NCBI GenBank assembly: GCA_020184695.1
Contig: JAANOX010000181.1
Span: 1-62,361 of the forward strand
From: Histomonas meleagridis 2922-C6/04-290x
Taxonomy: Eukaryota > Protista > Parabasalia
Length of the DNA stretch: 62,361 bases
Direction: 5' to 3'
Part shown: piece after piece, positions 1 to 7,972 of the stretch
Layout of the letters: every line of letters begins with the position of its first letter
Position numbering within the stretch: the stretch's first letter is position 1
Notes under the pieces: generated by a model
Seen by the model: only the letters and a program-made list of their open reading frames with translations
Told to the model about the DNA's origin: nothing
Database searches by the model: none
Program-made: the position numbers and the translations under genes

Positions 1-659
1 GCATCCGAGAACCCGATTTTCGAAAATAACTCCATTCGATCAAATTTCGGAAGTATCAATTTGCGTATTTAGATTCTATGGATGTCAGAGTTCCTCGATC
101 ATTTGAATTGCTTTGTCCAACCCGAAATCGGTCGCTTCGTTACATTCGTTTCTCATTTCTTCTTACAGTCGGATATCATAACAGCGAAGAAGAACTTTCG
201 AATGAAATAAAACGATCGCAAAACATAAAAACGGAAGAAACGCAACATGAAGATGATGACGAAAGTTGACTCAATGATTTCCAAAAGCCAGAGTTCAGTT
301 TCGAAGACATTGGGACGCAAATGGCTGAACGCGTTGGTGAATTCATGAAAGAGATTTCGCAATTTGACTCTGTTGAAGCAGACGGTCCGATAAACTTTGA
401 TTTCGACTCGTACAAATCGAAACTTGAACATTTCCTTGACAGTAGTAGTGATGAAGAAGAAGAAGAAGATGCCTATGAAGAAGACGAACTTTTGAAGCAT
501 TTGAAAGACAAATATGAGAAAATACTCCGGAAAGTCGCCGAAGGGAAGATGAATGCGAACGAATATGTTTCGAGTTTTCTTGAGCAGTCTTATGAAACGC
601 AGCCAATCGATAGCGGGCCCACTAGTGATCTGATGCAATTATTTAATTTTCGAAAATAA
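1..659 (+). pseudogene. Degenerate or partial ORF of the tRNA-adjacent family (acidic protein; open segment 321-659)
   Basis: Nt 2-34 encode HPRTRFSKITP, matching RPRTRFSEITP at the start of the 804-aa ORF (30/33 nt identical to the reverse complement of 3119-3151). ORFs 78-269 and 321-659 are in the same frame, separated by one TGA (267-269). Left end is cut by the window. Confidence 0.4.
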
Positions 660-753
660 CGATTTTGTGCGTGGCTGAAATTCTTTTGTTGGGTTATGTA
701 TTGTAATTGTTGATAAATCTTTTTGCTGACGAGTTATAATGTTTGCTTTGTCT

Positions 754-3168
754 TCATTTTATATGGAAAATACATTTAATTCTATCATAAACTGAATGAA
801 TGCCTTCAATATTAATTAATTCATGTTGTTTTTTCGCATGATTTAAAATTCCTTTTGCATCTGAACTCCAACAGACTTTACAATGATTACACATATAACC
901 TTCTCTATGTGATAATATATCTAAGCAACTAGGAATTTTATTATTAAGCTTAGTATAAGCTATAATAGTAGACCAAAACCAACCTATAGTATTTATATTT
1001 TCATCAAATTCTTGATGTTTATGTGAAATATGAGAAATTAACGATTTATGTGCATTAGTGAAATAATCACAATTAGGGAAAGGACAAACTATAACATTGT
1101 TCCTATAAATGTCTTTCTCTAAATTATTCGAATTATTTAATATTAACCAAATTAAGTCTTTCTCTATTAAGTTTTTAATACAACCATATAAATGATTTTT
1201 ATCAGGTTTTAAACCATGTATTTTGTTCATATGATTATTTAAAGCATTTCCTGTTTTAAATTCATTCTCACATTGACATTGACATGGGAATTGGCCTGGT
1301 ACACACCATTTCCCTTCTCTAATCATTATATGGATTAATGGTTGTTTAGCTAATGGTAAGTTATCATATTTCCAATTATTAAGTTCTTTTGTTGGTCTCC
1401 ATTTATTAATTAAATTATAAATATCTTCTTTACTGACACATTTTTTAATATCTTCAATTAATTCATCATTCATGTCTACAGTTTCTTGAACTAATTCATG
1501 TTCATCTTCTTCTTCATCATTATTAGTTAAAGTATTAATATTTCTATGAAGTGGAATATTAGTGTCTGAACTTGATTCTTCTTCACTAAGATTATCTTCC
1601 ATATCTGATTTATCTGAAGTAGAAATTGTGAAATAGTTACTTAAGTTTAAGACTTTAGGAGTATGTTTATACATAATTTCAAATTCAGGAATATCAATAT
1701 TTATCGTTCTTTTAATTGGGTTAAAACAAATCTCATTTTCTTCAATATTAACAATTTGAGTCTTCAACGTTTTGTTTACATCTATTTTAAGTTGTTCAAT
1801 TAACGCTGTTTCTGTTTTATTCCTAAATAAACTTTCTACAAAAAGAGATTCAACAATAGGTTTTGTGGTTTTCTTAATAGCTTCTGGTATAATATGTAAA
1901 GATTCTACATCTGGGTTAATAGTTTTATTATTTAAATTCGGAATAATTTGTAATGAATCAACATTCGAATTAATAATTTTATTGTTCATAACAGGTTTAA
2001 CATTCAAAGAATCAATATTAGGATTAACTTCAACATTATTATACACAGGGTTTGCTTTTACTGAATCTATTCCTGTATTTACTTGTATGTCATTAAATTT
2101 GGGAATTGCATGTACAGAATCAATGTTAGTTGTAATTATTTTCTCATTAAATTTTGGTTCTGCTGTTAAAGAATCAATATTAGTTGAGATTGTTCTTTCA
2201 TTAATTATCGGATTAACTTCTAAAGAATCAACCTGAGTATCTACTGTTTTCTCATTTTGTATTTGATTCACATGTAACGATTCAATAACTGGATTTGTAG
2301 TAATTGATTTCTCGATTGGTGTAACTGAATTGATTGGAGATTCACTATAATTAACTTGATTAAGTTGATTAAATTGATTTCTCGGCATATCTGTGAATTG
2401 TAACTCATTATGTATCATGTTGTGGTTAATTTGATTAATTGATCTTAAATCGATCTGACCAATGTTATAGAAATGACATGTCGCCCATATATTTTGTGTG
2501 TTGTTATTAACTATTTCAACATTTAAATTAATAGCTTTCTGGATAAGATACTTATTTGCAACATTAAATATATTTTGAACTTTTGGATTATCACTATTTA
2601 ACCGAAATGGTAATTCTCTAGGTCTGGTTGGTCCTACGAAAGTTCTTAAATCAAACACACCTCTCTCAATTTCGTCGGACGATGTGAGTCTTGGTGGAAA
2701 ATTAAGGTTGATTAACAGGTTTCCTTCTTGAATAATGCATTGATTTCGGCATAAAACTAACCCTCTTTCTTCGTTGATAAATATTGGTAGTAAAAACGAA
2801 ATATGTGGATCTGATGAAATAATTACCCATTGAGGTGGGACTCCTTCTTCTCCATATAAATCGGGGTTTGGGTTTGGATTATAATGAATACCACTAACAA
2901 GAAGGAATTCTTGTTGAAGTGGTTCACTAAAATTAAAATCAATTTCGTTATCTTTTTTCTCGCAAATCTGAGGGGTTTCAGCAGGTGAAGGACATCGTCG
3001 TAGGTGCTTCTGTATAATAGGAGATCGTTCAAGTCGTTTACGCATTTCCGAATCGTCGATATAATTTATTGATCGAAATTTCGATTCGCCAAAAAGGGTA
3101 TCATTAGAGTGCCCTGGGGGAGTTATTTCCGAAAATCGAGTTCTCGGACGCAAAAAATCAATATTCAT
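754..3168 (-). CDS. 804-aa protein: unrecognised N-terminal domain, 18-aa repeats, acidic linker, three C-terminal C2H2-like zinc fingers (possible mobile-element protein)
   Basis: Long uninterrupted ORF. Fingers: CQCENEFKTGNALNNHMNKIH, CPFPNCDYFTNAHKSLISHISHKH, CNHCKVCWSSDAKGILNHAKKQH. The N-terminal domain is shared with ORF 5099-5866. No RT or transposase motifs seen. Confidence 0.8.
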   Translation of the reverse strand: MNIDFLRPRTRFSEITPPGHSNDTLFGESKFRSINYIDDSEMRKRLERSPIIQKHLRRCPSPAETPQICEKKDNEIDFNFSEPLQQEFLLVSGIHYNPNPNPDLYGEEGVPPQWVIISSDPHISFLLPIFINEERGLVLCRNQCIIQEGNLLINLNFPPRLTSSDEIERGVFDLRTFVGPTRPRELPFRLNSDNPKVQNIFNVANKYLIQKAINLNVEIVNNNTQNIWATCHFYNIGQIDLRSINQINHNMIHNELQFTDMPRNQFNQLNQVNYSESPINSVTPIEKSITTNPVIESLHVNQIQNEKTVDTQVDSLEVNPIINERTISTNIDSLTAEPKFNEKIITTNIDSVHAIPKFNDIQVNTGIDSVKANPVYNNVEVNPNIDSLNVKPVMNNKIINSNVDSLQIIPNLNNKTINPDVESLHIIPEAIKKTTKPIVESLFVESLFRNKTETALIEQLKIDVNKTLKTQIVNIEENEICFNPIKRTINIDIPEFEIMYKHTPKVLNLSNYFTISTSDKSDMEDNLSEEESSSDTNIPLHRNINTLTNNDEEEDEHELVQETVDMNDELIEDIKKCVSKEDIYNLINKWRPTKELNNWKYDNLPLAKQPLIHIMIREGKWCVPGQFPCQCQCENEFKTGNALNNHMNKIHGLKPDKNHLYGCIKNLIEKDLIWLILNNSNNLEKDIYRNNVIVCPFPNCDYFTNAHKSLISHISHKHQEFDENINTIGWFWSTIIAYTKLNNKIPSCLDILSHREGYMCNHCKVCWSSDAKGILNHAKKQHELINIEGIHSVYDRIKCIFHIK
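1780..2298 (-). repeat. About 10 degenerate 18-aa tandem repeats within the 804-aa ORF
   Basis: Recurring [VI][DE]S[LV]xxxP motif at an 18-residue period (VIESLHVNQ, QVDSLEVNP, NIDSLTAEP, NIDSVHAIP, GIDSVKANP, NIDSLNVKP, NVDSLQIIP, DVESLHIIP, IVESLFVES). Confidence 0.85.
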
Positions 3169-3176
3169 GAAAAATC

Positions 3177-3183
3177 AAAAAAA
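3177..3183 (-). terminator. T7 run directly after the displaced tRNA 3' end (probable original Pol III terminator)
   Basis: Minus strand reads CCACACGGGAGGAGA-TTTTTTT. Confidence 0.6.
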
Positions 3184-3198
3184 TCTCCTCCCGTGTGG
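3184..3198 (-). repeat. Displaced copy of the tRNA-Asn 3' end (15-bp perfect direct repeat of 5867-5881)
   Basis: Plus-strand TCTCCTCCCGTGTGG occurs at both 3184-3198 and 5867-5881; flanking bases differ on both sides. Confidence 0.95.
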
Positions 3199-3254
3199 TT
3201 TATTCATTAAATATCATTATAATTAGGTGTTTTAAAGATCAAAAGGAATTAAAA

Positions 3255-3782
3255 TCAAAATGTGTGAACCTTGAGGATTTGTTGCCAACGGAAGGGGCCA
3301 ACAATCCAATTGGAAACTGGCATCATGAACTTACTGAACCTAGTGAACCCACTGAACATATTGAACATATTGTACCAATTAAGGACTGAACAAAATAAAG
3401 GGATTAACTTATGTCGCAAAACGAGACCTGTGTAGCCAACGGAACCAAATTCATCTTCAATCTTCTTTGTTTCCAAATTTCTCAATACTGAAATTAATAA
3501 AATATTTAAATTAAAGAAAATGTTTGACGAGCGGAGACGCGAAGGCTGATAAGGGTTTTTGTTCCTTCTGATCGTTCCGAGTACAATCAAAATATTTCTT
3601 CGTTTTAAATATTTATTAATACTTTCTGTTGATAATTTATTCCTTGTTACACTTACATTTGAATACATCAAATAAATATACAATATGTTCTTATCTAAAA
3701 ATATATAAATTTCAATAAGCAATAATAATAAACTATTAAGATTGAGATTGAGATTAAGATTAAGAATTGTTAAAATCTTCAA
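3255..3782 (-). CDS. Hypothetical hydrophobic ORF fragment in the 3' part of the element
   Basis: Open frame with a non-ATG start and low complexity (LNLNLNLNL from ATTGAG/ATTAAG repeats); contains one copy of the RRNKNP motif. Confidence 0.2.
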   Translation of the reverse strand: MKILTILNLNLNLNLNSLLLLLIEIYIFLDKNILYIYLMYSNVSVTRNKLSTESINKYLKRRNILIVLGTIRRNKNPYQPSRLRSSNIFFNLNILLISVLRNLETKKIEDEFGSVGYTGLVLRHKLIPLFCSVLNWYNMFNMFSGFTRFSKFMMPVSNWIVGPFRWQQILKVHTF

Positions 3783-4205
3783 ATTAATGAGATCTAAAAC
3801 AAAGAAGTTGTTTGATTTACAAATACGCGAAGGCTGATAGGGTTTTTCTTCCTTCTAAACATATTTGATGAAAACAAAAAATTACTATGTTTAAGAATGG
3901 TAAACAGATATGAAGATTGAATAAAATAAATGCTTATTAAAAACTAATAAATTGAACAATTTTTATAAGTGAGTAAAATAGTATAGATAAGAAATAAGGG
4001 ATAATTGATGTTATAAAGTTAATTCCTAAGATAATTATATTTCCAATTCGAATTGTCTGAAGAATTGATATGTCGAGAAGTGAATTATTTAATAAAGTAT
4101 ATAATAATAATTGAGGTAAAGCGATGAAATTGTCTAATATCAAATAGAATAATGATTTACTAAATCTACAATTACCTGAAGGCTTAAGGGGTTTTTGTTC
4201 CTTCT
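3537..4205. repeat. Three dispersed copies of a ~30-nt motif GAAGGCT..AGGGTTTTT.TTCCTTCT (3537-3569, 3825-3856, 4178-4205)
   Basis: Read directly: ACGCGAAGGCTGATAAGGGTTTTTGTTCCTTCT; ACGCGAAGGCTGATAGGGTTTTTCTTCCTTCT; GAAGGCTTAAGGGGTTTTTGTTCCTTCT. Confidence 0.9.
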
Positions 4206-4311
4206 ATAAGTAATATGTAGAATTAATGATAACCAAATATTCCTTTTAATGTTAAACAATTTCATATATTTTGAATTAATTATTATTAAATACTTCGAAT
4301 TCAACATATGA

Positions 4312-5115
4312 TTAAAAAGCTTGAATCGAATAATCAATAAAATTATTAGTTAAAGGATCTGGATCAAGATCGAATATATTAATAAAGGCATCCAGATCCT
4401 TAACTAATATTAACTTCTCTTTTAATTTAACTCTAGCCACGCCGTCATCAGTAAATAAGAAACAATAACTTTCCGGGTGTTGATAATGATAAGTTAATGA
4501 ATTAAGTAAGTTAAAAGTGAATAATATATTATGAGATTTGAAGTTTTGATAATTAATTATAATATTGAAACATTTTAACATATCAGTCAAATTTTTAATA
4601 TTTGTAATTTCATTGTCGTTATAATTATTATTGTCATTAATATTATTTATCATATGATTCTCATCAGAATTTTCATTAACTTTCATTTTTTGATTTTCTT
4701 TAATCTCTGCTTTATTAGACTCCAGATCTTTATGCTCATCATTGTCCTTAATATCTAAAGAACTATTGAACTGCGACCTTACTGTCAAGTAGCATTGTAG
4801 ATATAAAGAAATTAAGAAAGATATTGATTCATTAGATGTAAAAGATCCAAGAACATCTCTTTCATATAAAAACGATGAATAAGTCTTTTCAGTTTGTCTT
4901 TCATTAATCATCTTGATTACAGCAAGATTCTTTTGTTTAAGGTTCACATGTTCGTTATTAAAAATATCTTTAATTTCCTCATCAATATTCTCAAATAAAT
5001 TTGGTGTATTAGCAAATATTTCTCGGAAAGATTCAATATTCATGTTTGAACTAATTGTATATTTAATCGAATCATGTGTATCAAATAAATATCTTGAGTT
5101 ATATTTCAAACCCAT
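4312..5115 (-). CDS. Element ORF2, hypothetical protein (~267 aa from the ATG at 5115)
   Basis: Open frame overlapping the stop of ORF1 by 17 nt; Asn-rich linker; no family recognised. Confidence 0.55.
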   Translation of the reverse strand: MGLKYNSRYLFDTHDSIKYTISSNMNIESFREIFANTPNLFENIDEEIKDIFNNEHVNLKQKNLAVIKMINERQTEKTYSSFLYERDVLGSFTSNESISFLISLYLQCYLTVRSQFNSSLDIKDNDEHKDLESNKAEIKENQKMKVNENSDENHMINNINDNNNYNDNEITNIKNLTDMLKCFNIIINYQNFKSHNILFTFNLLNSLTYHYQHPESYCFLFTDDGVARVKLKEKLILVKDLDAFINIFDLDPDPLTNNFIDYSIQAF

Positions 5116-5866
5116 GTAAATAATCAATCAAAAGTCTTGAAACATTAATGATTTTAGAAATAAAATCATAATCTTCACTTAAATTAATAATAATATTTGA
5201 ATAAGTAATATAAAATTTAGCAATGCTTCTATAATATTTCGTTTTATGATTAAAAATGTTAACTGGTTGAAAATTCTTATAATATAATAAATTTTGGTTA
5301 AAGAAAAGATTAAGATTTATAACATTATTATCAATTTCATATTGTGTAAGTTCAAATGGTTCTAAACTAACATCTAATCTAAGACATTTATCTTGATCAA
5401 TAATACAATGACCTCTCTGAATAATTAAGCAATCTAGATTTGAAATATAAACAGGTAAATGGACACTAATATTCGGGTCAGCACTAATTATAATTGATGA
5501 AGGTAATGGTTTGTTGCCAACATTAAATGGGTACCATTTGTCAGGACGATAATGTAAACCTTTTAAAAGTAGGATTTCGTATTGAAAAGGACGGCCATGG
5601 TCGATGGACCGAAAAGGGTAAAATCTTTGTTCTTCTATCTCGACTCCTGAGGGTAATCCTGAGACATTAAGCATATGATTAATGAGTAATGGCTGAGTAT
5701 AGTGTGGCAAAGGGGTAGACTTAATGAATTGTGGTAAATAATTAGGTATGCATTTCGAAGAATTTGCTATGTTTTGATCAAAAAGTATATTATCTTGTTG
5801 TGTAGATGGTCTTGAATCATATTTTCGATTTTCAGCGTGTAAAAATGACTGTGTAAAAAAATTCAT
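5099..5866 (-). CDS. Element ORF1 (MNFFTQ..., ~255 aa) sharing a ~95-aa domain with the 804-aa ORF
   Basis: YEILLLKGLHYRP...IIISADPNISVHLPVYI...RGHCII...LTQYEIDNNVINL aligns by eye with QEFLLVSGIHYNP...VIISSDPHISFLLPIFI...RNQCII...LTSSDEIERGVFDL. The first ATG outside the tRNA is at 5866. Confidence 0.7.
   Translation of the reverse strand: MNFFTQSFLHAENRKYDSRPSTQQDNILFDQNIANSSKCIPNYLPQFIKSTPLPHYTQPLLINHMLNVSGLPSGVEIEEQRFYPFRSIDHGRPFQYEILLLKGLHYRPDKWYPFNVGNKPLPSSIIISADPNISVHLPVYISNLDCLIIQRGHCIIDQDKCLRLDVSLEPFELTQYEIDNNVINLNLFFNQNLLYYKNFQPVNIFNHKTKYYRSIAKFYITYSNIIINLSEDYDFISKIINVSRLLIDYLHGFEI
5855..5861 (-). terminator. T7 run (Pol III terminator for the intact tRNA), lying inside the first codons of ORF1
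   Basis: Minus strand: ...GGGAGGAG A ATG AAT TTT TTT ACA. Confidence 0.6.
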
Positions 5867-5867
5867 T

Positions 5868-5941
5868 CTCCTCCCGTGTGGCTCGAACACACGACTTCCA
5901 GATTAACAGTCTGACACTCTAACCAACTGAGTTAGGGAGGA
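5868..5941 (-). tRNA. tRNA-Asn (GTT)
   Basis: Full cloverleaf: acceptor TCCTCCC/GGGAGGA, D stem ACTC/GAGT, anticodon arm TCAGA-CTGTTAA-TCTGG, T arm GTGTG-TTCGAGC-CACAC, discriminator G73; no encoded CCA (eukaryote-like). Confidence 0.96.
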
Positions 5942-6126
5942 AGCCTGTAGATATTTAAATAATTATTATATAATAATTATTTTAATTATCATTTTTTAAA
6001 AAATCATTTTATTTATGAATTTTAACAATAATTTTTTTTGTTAATAACGCATTTTTATTCCAATGAATTTTTTGATATATTAAAAATTATGATTAAAATT
6101 TTAATTATGTTGATTTTTAAATTTAT

Positions 6127-6606
6127 TTATCTTAATGCACTTGCAATTTTTCCTCTAAAACTCTTTATTTCATTTAAAATTGTTTTAATGCTTTCTTCAT
6201 CGTTCTTTATACAACGAGAAACAGCACGATCGCAAATAACACAATTTGTTTGTTCATCTATTTTAGCATCGATTAGGTTTGAAGCCATAAGATCTATAAC
6301 CAATGATTCTATATCAATGATGTTATCGATCTTTAATTCTTCTTTGATTTTTCCAAATGAAATTTTTGATCCTTTCGCAAAAAGAGATAATAGTGTTAAT
6401 TTCTTGAGTTTTTTGGCAGCTTCACTGTTTGGATACAAACGAAGTTGCTCAGGAAGTGATTTCTCAATAGATAGATAATCATTCCAAGAACCATATGCAA
6501 ACAAGGAGATTAACTTATGTTCATTACTACCTTCTTCGAAGTCATTTAAGTAAACGTCTAAAAACATTTCATTTGGATTATTGAGAATATCTTTTATGTT
6601 GCTCAT
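6127..6606 (-). CDS. PCI-domain protein, COP9 signalosome subunit 7-like
   Basis: LFAYGSWNDY, KLKKLTLLSL, IESLVIDLMASNLIDAKIDEQ match the CSN7/eIF3m PCI pattern. Confidence 0.75.
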   Translation of the reverse strand: MSNIKDILNNPNEMFLDVYLNDFEEGSNEHKLISLFAYGSWNDYLSIEKSLPEQLRLYPNSEAAKKLKKLTLLSLFAKGSKISFGKIKEELKIDNIIDIESLVIDLMASNLIDAKIDEQTNCVICDRAVSRCIKNDEESIKTILNEIKSFRGKIASALR

Positions 6607-6676
6607 GTTTTATTGGCGAACGTTAACCAAAGTGTCGTTTATAAATGTAAACGATAGAATTTTTTTTGGGTTAGAA

Positions 6677-7786
6677 ATGAATGAATCAGAAATATTTATT
6701 TCATCAGATCTAGATGACATGTCTTTTGAAATGAAGCAATTACAAAACAAAATAAATAGGGTCAAAATGGAAATTTATTCACCAAATTCCAATTCATTTC
6801 CGAATTATAAATATATAATAAAGTCATTAACCAAACGTAATCAACGTCTCAAAGAAGAGGTTCACACACTCAAGAGGCAACAAAAGAAAATTTTTGATTT
6901 ATTCCAAATAAATGATTTTCAAACTCTTTTTGAAAAATTAAAAAAGATTTGTTTGGATTACAATGGCGAATCTTCTTTTCAAACTGAGAATCAAAATCTG
7001 AAAAAGAAAAATTATCAATTACATCTTTTGCTTAAAGATCTTCAAACTAAAAACTACAATTTATCAATTGATAAGATGAACATTCTAGGTATAACTGATA
7101 CTCTTAAATCACAAAATGAACAACTTTCTCAGGAATCCAATTCTCATATACAAAAAATTACTGAATTGCAAGACACAATCCACAGGTGCGACAAAAAACT
7201 TTCTCAACTCATCAAAGCCAATCAGTCTTATGAACAACAAAACAAATCCTTGACGACAACAATTTCATTACTTGAATCAGATATCAATTCCCTCAAATCA
7301 CAAAACGCCGAATTAAACGTCGTTATCTTTGATTTAAAGAATGCCAACTCACAGCTGAATGAAGACAATCAAGTAATGAAGCAAACAATTAATTCGTTAA
7401 CTTTAAGTGCAAAACAAACAAATCAAAATAATACAAATTTTAATCACCAACAAAATATAATTAAATTTTCGCAATTAATTTATAAATTAATTTATAAATT
7501 TAAAAATGAATTTAATTCAAGAACAAAAAAATTAATTCAACAAATGAATTTAATCAATATGAAAATGAACGAAATTAAAACTAATGTAATATTTCAATAT
7601 GTAAATGTGCTTAATAATTCACAAAAACTTATCGATGCAACATGGAAACTATTTGGTGAGCAAAGGCCCCCGAAACTGAGAAATTTTGCAAATGATCCAC
7701 AGAAACTTCAGTTCATTGTAAATGGGCTAATACAACTGCAGAACGCAGGTGTGCAAGCAATGAGAATTAAGGCAAGAAAAGAGTAA
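6677..7786 (+). CDS. Coiled-coil protein of unknown function
   Basis: Heptad-rich ORF; likely start at ATG 6677, divergent from the PCI gene across about 70 bp. Confidence 0.7.
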   Translation: MNESEIFISSDLDDMSFEMKQLQNKINRVKMEIYSPNSNSFPNYKYIIKSLTKRNQRLKEEVHTLKRQQKKIFDLFQINDFQTLFEKLKKICLDYNGESSFQTENQNLKKKNYQLHLLLKDLQTKNYNLSIDKMNILGITDTLKSQNEQLSQESNSHIQKITELQDTIHRCDKKLSQLIKANQSYEQQNKSLTTTISLLESDINSLKSQNAELNVVIFDLKNANSQLNEDNQVMKQTINSLTLSAKQTNQNNTNFNHQQNIIKFSQLIYKLIYKFKNEFNSRTKKLIQQMNLINMKMNEIKTNVIFQYVNVLNNSQKLIDATWKLFGEQRPPKLRNFANDPQKLQFIVNGLIQLQNAGVQAMRIKARKE

Positions 7787-7954
7787 AATGTTATTTAAAT
7801 AGTTTTTATTTTAATAATTTTATATTGTTGCTGTAGAATTACAAGATATTGCGTTTTATTCGAAAAAAAAAGTAATCACTTAAATCTTTTGTGATTAATT
7901 AATTATTATAAATTTATATAGAAATAAGTTGTTTATGCAAAAGTGAAAAGTGTG

Positions 7955-7960
7955 TCACTT
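7955..7960 (+). promoter_or_regulatory. Initiator (Inr)-like TCACTT 12 nt upstream of the phosphatase ATG
   Basis: Matches the trichomonad Inr consensus TCA(+1)Y(T/A); a similar TCACTTT precedes the V-ATPase c ATG on the minus strand (about 9895-9901). Confidence 0.6.
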
Positions 7961-7972
7961 TTCCGATAGAGA

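Larger units (their letters stand above)
3199..5866 (-). mobile_element. Putative 2.67-kb element inserted at the 3' end of tRNA-Asn, bounded by a 15-bp duplication
   Basis: Exactly bounded by the direct repeats. Begins with ATG at its first base and ends in AATAAA at the junction. Contains two overlapping ORFs and fragmentary ORFs, all on the minus strand. No integrase or RT recognised. Confidence 0.6.

Noticed and set aside
27-269. In-frame TAA/TGA suggesting stop-codon reassignment or selenocysteine
   Set aside because: Conserved genes in the window end normally with TAA, TAG and TGA; decay explains the stops better.
153-638. Antisense and overlapping ORFs (153-638, 1772-2236, 6038-6478, 8142-8516, 18464-18856 and similar)
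   Set aside because: Shadow frames opposite or within better-supported ORFs, with no family motifs.
4420-4470. FLFTDDGV in element ORF2 as a reverse-transcriptase YxDD motif
   Set aside because: None of the other RT motifs are visible and the motif is only about 45 aa from the C-terminus.
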